A stretch of DNA of 11,447 nt from Candidatus Odinarchaeia archaeon (GTDB taxonomy: Archaea; Asgardarchaeota; Odinarchaeia; Odinarchaeales; Odinarchaeaceae), in contig JAHQXC010000041.1 of NCBI GenBank assembly GCA_029856525.1, positions 1 through 11,447 of the forward strand, written 5' to 3'. This document shows positions 6,462-11,447 of the stretch, in pieces; the first letter of the stretch is position 1; each line of letters opens with the position of its first letter. Below the pieces are notes generated by a model. The model did not search any database. It was not told the origin of the DNA and saw nothing but the letters and a program-made list of their open reading frames with translations. Made by a program: the position numbers and the translations under genes.

Positions 6462-8212
6462 TCGAGATGAGCGGTAGTGGAACTGAAACTAGAACAGTTG
6501 AAAAATTCAGTATAGTCGACGAGATTAAATTATTTCTAAAAGAGATGCTTAAAGAAAAATATATTGAAGAAAAACAGATACAAAACAAAAAATATATTAT
6601 AAGAACCACACCTGAATATGTTAAGCCTATAGCTGATTATATGATTAGAAGAGATGGCAGGCTAGTTCATTTAACCGTGTCAGATGAGGGAGTTAACGGA
6701 TTTGAAATACAATACCATTATGGCTTCGATCATCTTGAAACAAACACTCATTTTATTATAAAAGTGAGAGTACCGCGTGAGAAACCTGAAGTCCCGTCAA
6801 TTTCACCGATTACATGGCAGGCGTCTTGGGCTGAAAGAGAAATGATGGATTTACTTGGAGTGAATTTTACAGGTCACCCTGATCCACGCCATCTCTTCCT
6901 CCCCTATGAATGGCCTGAAGAACCTGAAAGCGAGAAAGTTGACGGATTCAGCTTATACACTAAGAGAGATAAATCAGCGTATTATATCCGAAAAGAACTT
7001 GGAAAATGGGTTCCTTTAGCGTTAAGCCCGGCTGATGCTAAGCTCACCCTACTGCCGATAGGACCCTACCACCCTATGTTCATAGAATCCGAGTATTTCC
7101 GTGTGAGAGTTGAAGGAGATGAAATAGTAGACGTAGATATGAAAACAGGTTTCAACCATCGCGGGGTTATGAAATTAGCAGAGCAAAGGCATTACGCGAG
7201 AATACCCTTCCTGGTGGAACGTGTGTGCGGTATATGTAGCACCACCCACGCTACCGCTTACTGTAACACTGTGGAAGCTATGTTAAATATAGAGATCCCT
7301 GATAGAGCGAAGTATATTAGAACGATTATATTAGAGCTTGAACGGTTGCACAGCCATCTGATATGGCTTGGTGTAGCAGGTGATCTTATAGGGTTTAAAA
7401 CACTTTTCATGTGGGCTCTAAGAGATAGAGAACATGTGCTAGATTTATTCGAAAAATTAACAGGGAATAGAGTCCACCATGATATAGTATACTTGGGAGG
7501 GGTTAGAAAAGATATAAGTGAAGCTCACATCCCTGAGATAATTAGAAGAATAGAGTTCATCGAAGAATCTGTTAAAAAATATATAGATATAGCTTACGAT
7601 CATCCTGTTGTAAAAGCGAGAACAATGGATATAGGTAGACTCACCCTCAGCACAGCTAAAGACGCTGGGGCTGTTGGACCTACAGCTAGAGGCAGCAACT
7701 GGAAGATAGATGCTAGAAGCTCTAACCCTTACGCAGCTTATAGCCCGGAGTACACTACCTGGGAGGTGGTAACCGACTCGGGTGGAGATGTCTGGTCGAG
7801 GCTGGTGGTGAGGTTAAAAGAAGCGCTTGTCAGCTGTGATATAATAAGACAGTGCGTTGAGAGAATGAAGTCTACAAGCCCTGATATTAGAGTTAAACCG
7901 CATTTACCTGAAGATGGAGCTGAAGCTGTGAATAAAACAGAGGCGCCTAGAGGAGAATTATACTATTACATTAAATCGAATGGGACGAATATCCCTCACA
8001 CTGTTAGAATAAGAACACCAAGCTATAGAAATGACGCGGTGCTACCGTTCATGTTAAGAGGGCAAACATTATCCGACGCTCCTATTATTATAGGAAGCAT
8101 AGACCCATGCTTCTCATGCACTGATAGAATGATAAGAATAGAGGATGTTAAAACAAACCAGGTGAGGTTTGAGAGAATAGGTGATTTAGCTAGAAAATAC
8201 AGGAGGGCTTAA
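6458..8212 (+). CDS. Group 4 [NiFe]-hydrogenase large subunit, fused NuoC+NuoD-like (HycE/HyfG-like), 584 aa
   Basis: NuoC-like N-terminal part (WAEREMMDLLGVNFTGHPDPRHLFLP); GPYHP; L1 ERVCGIC (C257, C260); EAPRGE; RTPS; L2 DPCFSCTDR (C551, C554). GTG start overlaps the upstream TGA; ATG at 6467 is an alternative. Confidence 0.95.
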   Translation: MIEMSGSGTETRTVEKFSIVDEIKLFLKEMLKEKYIEEKQIQNKKYIIRTTPEYVKPIADYMIRRDGRLVHLTVSDEGVNGFEIQYHYGFDHLETNTHFIIKVRVPREKPEVPSISPITWQASWAEREMMDLLGVNFTGHPDPRHLFLPYEWPEEPESEKVDGFSLYTKRDKSAYYIRKELGKWVPLALSPADAKLTLLPIGPYHPMFIESEYFRVRVEGDEIVDVDMKTGFNHRGVMKLAEQRHYARIPFLVERVCGICSTTHATAYCNTVEAMLNIEIPDRAKYIRTIILELERLHSHLIWLGVAGDLIGFKTLFMWALRDREHVLDLFEKLTGNRVHHDIVYLGGVRKDISEAHIPEIIRRIEFIEESVKKYIDIAYDHPVVKARTMDIGRLTLSTAKDAGAVGPTARGSNWKIDARSSNPYAAYSPEYTTWEVVTDSGGDVWSRLVVRLKEALVSCDIIRQCVERMKSTSPDIRVKPHLPEDGAEAVNKTEAPRGELYYYIKSNGTNIPHTVRIRTPSYRNDAVLPFMLRGQTLSDAPIIIGSIDPCFSCTDRMIRIEDVKTNQVRFERIGDLARKYRRA

Positions 8213-8214
8213 AC

Positions 8215-9333
8215 ATGGCGGTATACCTACCCTTATGGGAGACCGTGATTATCTGTTTCACGCTACCTGTAGCCGGTTTCTTCTTAGGCGTGTTATTTCA
8301 AAGCCTTATTCGAAAGTTTACAGCCCGTTTTCAAGGTCGAAGAGGACCCTGGTATATTGTCCCTAAATCCTTAAGACCTGTAGTCGGCTCAACTAGAATC
8401 CTGCAACCTTTCTGGGATATAATGAAGTTAATGTATAAGCAAACACTGATACCGTCAACCGCTCAGAGAAAAATATTTATGTCAGCGCCTTTCGTAGCTG
8501 CTGCTAGTCTAATAATAGCTATCTGGTTTATTCCTGTTATAGGGGTATCCGCGTTCGGACCGTTCGAGTTCAGTTTGATCGTAACATTATATCTCATGTT
8601 GATAGTGCCTTTAACGATAGTGGCGAGTGGAGCTGCAAGCTCATCGCCTTGGGGTGCGATAGGAAGTTACAGGGAGGTTATACTTACATTAGCCTACGAG
8701 CTCCCTTTCATAATAGGGATATTTTCAACAGCAATGTTAACAGGTATATTAACACCTGTCTACGGAGGTTTACCTTTAATACCTGGAAGCCTCTCTATAA
8801 CAGATATAGTTAACTTTCAAGCATCTCATTCAATCTCATTCTTCGGTTTTAAAATCCCAGCGTTCTTTATAATCTTAAACCCGTTTGCAGCGGTTGCGAT
8901 TCTGATGAGTTTAATAGGAAAGCTTAAAATAAAACCGATGGATATCCCTGACGCAGAAGTAGAGGTTATCGCAGGAGCTTACACCGAGTACACCGGGAAG
9001 CTTCTAGGCGTCTATGAGATGGCGAAAATATTTCTATTATTCGTGAGTTTAACTTTATTCATAGACATGTATCTCGGAGGCGCGTTAATCACAGTAGATT
9101 ATCTAGGTGTCCCCTCATTTATATGGAGTGGAATAGTATTCGGAGTGGAAGCGATCATACTAATCTTAATAATATCAGTCGTTAACGCAGCTAACGCTCG
9201 TTTTAGAATCGACCAAGCCTTCACATGGTATATGAAAATACCTTTAGCGTTAAGTTTAATCGGCTTAGTCTGGCCTTACATTATGGTTTCACTGGCCGGT
9301 GCCGGAGTAAATATAGGGATAAGCATAGTATAG
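8215..9333 (+). CDS. NuoH/HycD/MbhM-like membrane subunit, 372 aa
   Basis: ARFQGRRGP, LQPFWDIMKLMYKQ, SSSPWGAIGSYRE, PMDIPDAEVEVIAGAYTEYTG, ARFRIDQ; multi-TM. Confidence 0.94.
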   Translation: MAVYLPLWETVIICFTLPVAGFFLGVLFQSLIRKFTARFQGRRGPWYIVPKSLRPVVGSTRILQPFWDIMKLMYKQTLIPSTAQRKIFMSAPFVAAASLIIAIWFIPVIGVSAFGPFEFSLIVTLYLMLIVPLTIVASGAASSSPWGAIGSYREVILTLAYELPFIIGIFSTAMLTGILTPVYGGLPLIPGSLSITDIVNFQASHSISFFGFKIPAFFIILNPFAAVAILMSLIGKLKIKPMDIPDAEVEVIAGAYTEYTGKLLGVYEMAKIFLLFVSLTLFIDMYLGGALITVDYLGVPSFIWSGIVFGVEAIILILIISVVNAANARFRIDQAFTWYMKIPLALSLIGLVWPYIMVSLAGAGVNIGISIV

Positions 9334-9343
9334 GAGGAGTAAA

Positions 9344-9952
9344 ATGGTTAAAGGTAAAATTAAGCTTTTAAAAGAAGCGTTGAGAAGCAGCGGAGACATA
9401 CAGACATTAGATTACCCTAGTGGAGATCCTAGGCTAGATTACTCTCAGCCAAGATTTGGAAGCGGAGCTAAGTACAGTCATATATGCGAGGGGTTGAGAG
9501 GAGCCCCACAATATAGTGAAGAGGATTGCTGCGGTTGCGCGGCATGTGAAAGCGTATGCACAGCTAACACTATTAAAACAGAGGATGTTAACGGGAAGAG
9601 AGTTTTTACAATAGATCTTGGTAGATGCGTGTTCTGCGGTCGATGTGAAGAAGAATGCCCTGAAGACGCGATAAAGCTTACCAGTAAATTCGAGTTAGCT
9701 TACACAGGTCCAGGTTCACAGAACCCGGCGAATGTGAGATTTGAAAGAGATTTAATATTATGTGAAAAATGCGGGAACCCTGTAGCTCCTGTTAAACAAT
9801 ATAAGATATACTCTGAGAAAGTTTTAAAAAACCTCGGTGAAAAATGGAGAGAGCAGAGTAGAGAAGACATTGAAAAAGCGGGTAAACTTTGCAGGGAATG
9901 CCGTAGAAGAAACGCTTACACACTTAACCTGCATACTAGAAAATATTATTAA
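9344..9952 (+). CDS. NuoI/HycF-like 2x[4Fe-4S] subunit with an extra C-terminal four-Cys site, 202 aa
   Basis: LRGAP; CCGCAACESVC (C62-C72); CVFCGRCEEECP (C95-C105); extra CEKC (C140, C143) and CREC (C183, C186). SD AGGAGG/GGAG just upstream. Confidence 0.93.
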   Translation: MVKGKIKLLKEALRSSGDIQTLDYPSGDPRLDYSQPRFGSGAKYSHICEGLRGAPQYSEEDCCGCAACESVCTANTIKTEDVNGKRVFTIDLGRCVFCGRCEEECPEDAIKLTSKFELAYTGPGSQNPANVRFERDLILCEKCGNPVAPVKQYKIYSEKVLKNLGEKWREQSREDIEKAGKLCRECRRRNAYTLNLHTRKYY

Positions 9953-9969
9953 AAAAGGAGAATGAGAGT

Positions 9970-10413
9970 ATGGGATTAAAGCAGAAAGCTAGATTATATT
10001 CGCCTTGGGTTTTCCACGCTCACTGCAGCGGCTGCAACGGATGTGGAATAGAGATAGCCGCCGCGTTAAACCCTAGATACGACCCTGAGAGAATAGGTGT
10101 CACATTACATAACAATCCTAGGCATGCAGATATAATGCTCGTGGAGGGAATAGTTGCAAAACAGCATGTGCCATTCCTTAAAAGAACATACGAGCAAATG
10201 CCTACTCCGAAAGCAGTTGTAGCGATAGGGTCATGCGCTATAACAGGCGGTGTTTTTAAACCGGACGATGATAAAGGTCCATCATACACTCAGGGAGGGC
10301 CTGTTGACAGGATAATACCAGTCGACGTGTATGTACCAGGCTGCCCGCCTAAACCTGAAGCAATCATAGATGGAATCATAAAAGCAGCGATCATACTCTC
10401 TAAAAGAGATTGA
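9970..10413 (+). CDS. Group 4 hydrogenase small subunit, NuoB/HycG/MbhJ-like, 147 aa
   Basis: CSGCNGCGIEI, NPRHADI, AIGSCAITGGVF, PVDVYVPGCPPKPEAI. SD AAGGAG at 9955-9960. Confidence 0.95.
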   Translation: MGLKQKARLYSPWVFHAHCSGCNGCGIEIAAALNPRYDPERIGVTLHNNPRHADIMLVEGIVAKQHVPFLKRTYEQMPTPKAVVAIGSCAITGGVFKPDDDKGPSYTQGGPVDRIIPVDVYVPGCPPKPEAIIDGIIKAAIILSKRD

Positions 10414-10458
10414 AAAAAAATAAAATTCAGTAATTTCCTCATAAAATTTTAATAAAAT

Positions 10459-10468
10459 TTTTATATAA
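10459..10468 (+). promoter_or_regulatory. Putative TATA box (TTTATATA) for a leaderless transcript of the kinase gene
   Basis: TTTTATATAA lies about 25 nt upstream of ATG 10490, and no SD precedes that start. Confidence 0.45.
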
Positions 10469-10489
10469 CAAGATTTAATAGATTTTTTC

Positions 10490-11164
10490 ATGGTCTCATT
10501 AGCTGAAATAGCAGTCACTATAACTTTATTTCTATGGGTCGCCTTCGTGGTAACTGTTTTAACGAGAAAACTATACTCGTTTCTAACGAAAAGAGGCGTA
10601 GAGCATACAATCGCGGTTTATTATAATCGGAAAGTCATTCATATGTTAGCCGGCGGGGTTTCCGCTATCGTAGTCCCCTTCGTCTATACAACTCCGATTC
10701 TCCCTTTAGCGTTCGCTTCTCTATTAGCGGTTTTCATATATATTCCACACCGGACAGGTAAACTTATGAACTGGTTCCAGGTATGCGAAAACTGTTATGA
10801 GGTATCTTTCGCTATCATGTGGGGGACGGTTTTAACTTTAGGCTGGTTTTTCTCAGGCGGTAACTTCTGGTTTGGAGTTCTACCAGCTTTATTCATGGCT
10901 TTCGGGGATGCGATAACAGGTGTTGTTCGAAACGCGTTATATAAAAGAAGAACTAAATCATGGTATGGGAATCTAGCTATGGCAACCGTTTCAATACCTA
11001 CAGGTGCGATACTCGGCCCTATGGGGGTTATCTCCGGTTTCATAGCTAGTATAATAGAGCATTTCGAGTTCGGTCCAATAGATGATAATATAACTGTTCC
11101 AGCCGTCACTTTGATATTACTACTCGTAGTAAATTACTTTATTCCAGGTTTCCTCTCATTCTAA
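10490..11164 (+). CDS. CTP-dependent isoprenoid-alcohol kinase family membrane protein (dolichol/phytol kinase, Dgk1-like), 224 aa
   Basis: Family motifs RKVIHML, FGDAITG, KSWYG, DDNITVP in a multi-TM protein. The exact substrate cannot be assigned. Confidence 0.85.
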   Translation: MVSLAEIAVTITLFLWVAFVVTVLTRKLYSFLTKRGVEHTIAVYYNRKVIHMLAGGVSAIVVPFVYTTPILPLAFASLLAVFIYIPHRTGKLMNWFQVCENCYEVSFAIMWGTVLTLGWFFSGGNFWFGVLPALFMAFGDAITGVVRNALYKRRTKSWYGNLAMATVSIPTGAILGPMGVISGFIASIIEHFEFGPIDDNITVPAVTLILLLVVNYFIPGFLSF

Positions 11165-11181
11165 GCAGTAGAGGAACGAGC

Positions 11182-11447
11182 ATGTTAGAGTTAGCCTTTC
11201 AACCATACAGGCTAGGCTGCTTAGAATTATCTAATAGATTCGTAATGGCCCCTGTATGGATGGGGATGGCTGATGAAAAAGGATATGTAACCGAACGTTT
11301 AATAAGACATTACAGTGAAATCGCTGAATCAGGGATAGGCTTAATAATAACAGAGTACGCTTTCATAAAATCCGGTCACCAGATTCTGCCACGAATGCTA
11401 GGTATAGGAGACGACAGCCAAATACAAGGTTTAAAGAGAATAGTTGA
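11182..11447 (+). CDS. NADH:flavin oxidoreductase / Old Yellow Enzyme family, 5' partial (runs off the window)
   Basis: Not in the ORF track. Own translation: MLELAFQPYRLGCLELSNRFVMAPVWMGMADEKGYVTERLIRHYSEIAESGIGLIITEYAFIKSGHQILPRMLGIGDDSQIQGLKRIV. This matches the OYE N-terminus (F.P..lG.L.L.NR.vmAP, G.GLIITE). SD GAGG at 11171-11174. Confidence 0.92.
   Translation, partial: MLELAFQPYRLGCLELSNRFVMAPVWMGMADEKGYVTERLIRHYSEIAESGIGLIITEYAFIKSGHQILPRMLGIGDDSQIQGLKRIV

Noticed and set aside
9962-9979. Out-of-frame mini-ORF MRVWD* over the small-subunit start
   Set aside because: Its ATG is only 1 nt from the SD; ATG 9970 has normal spacing and gives the conserved protein.
4896-10413. Calling the cluster respiratory complex I, Fpo or Mbs
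   Set aside because: Both Ni-binding CxxC motifs are intact, and nuoA/J/K/E/F/G and extra antiporter subunits are not recognisable.
10414-10462. AAAATTTT palindromes as a terminator or operator
   Set aside because: Low-complexity AT sequence; no convincing stem or long sense-strand T-tract.
10020-11109. Minus-strand ORFs 10020-10289, 10282-10518 and 10795-11109
   Set aside because: Overlap the well-supported small-subunit and kinase genes; no recognisable motifs.
1-11447. tRNA, rRNA, CRISPR array, transposase, frameshifted or Sec-recoded genes
   Set aside because: None seen. ORFs are full-length with all metal ligands as Cys, and there are no regularly spaced repeats.

Overview
AT-rich archaeal window, assigned from the archaeal-type ArgRS, TATA-like promoters, and Hdr and group 4 hydrogenase genes. 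The exact lineage cannot be determined from sequence alone. In order it holds argS (364-2271), a convergent 140-aa orphan (2288-2710, minus), and a tightly coupled 9-gene operon (2952-10413). The operon encodes a 4x[4Fe-4S] HycB/CooF-type protein, a Cys-free 91-aa protein, an HdrB-like CCG protein, a 98-aa two-TM protein, one antiporter-like subunit, a fused NuoC/D-like [NiFe] large subunit with all four Ni-ligating Cys, and NuoH-, NuoI- and NuoB-like subunits. It is followed by a CTP-dependent isoprenoid-alcohol-kinase-family gene and the 5' end of an Old Yellow Enzyme-family flavin oxidoreductase. The main point of interest is the operon. It resembles a formate-hydrogenlyase-type energy-converting hydrogenase whose electron partner appears to be a divergent heterodisulfide-reductase module rather than formate dehydrogenase. 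There is no canonical HdrC, but the 91-aa protein may be a clusterless HdrC C-terminal remnant. The HdrB second cluster site and the antiporter's charged axis both carry non-canonical residues. All comparisons to reference proteins are from memory and need confirming by alignment.
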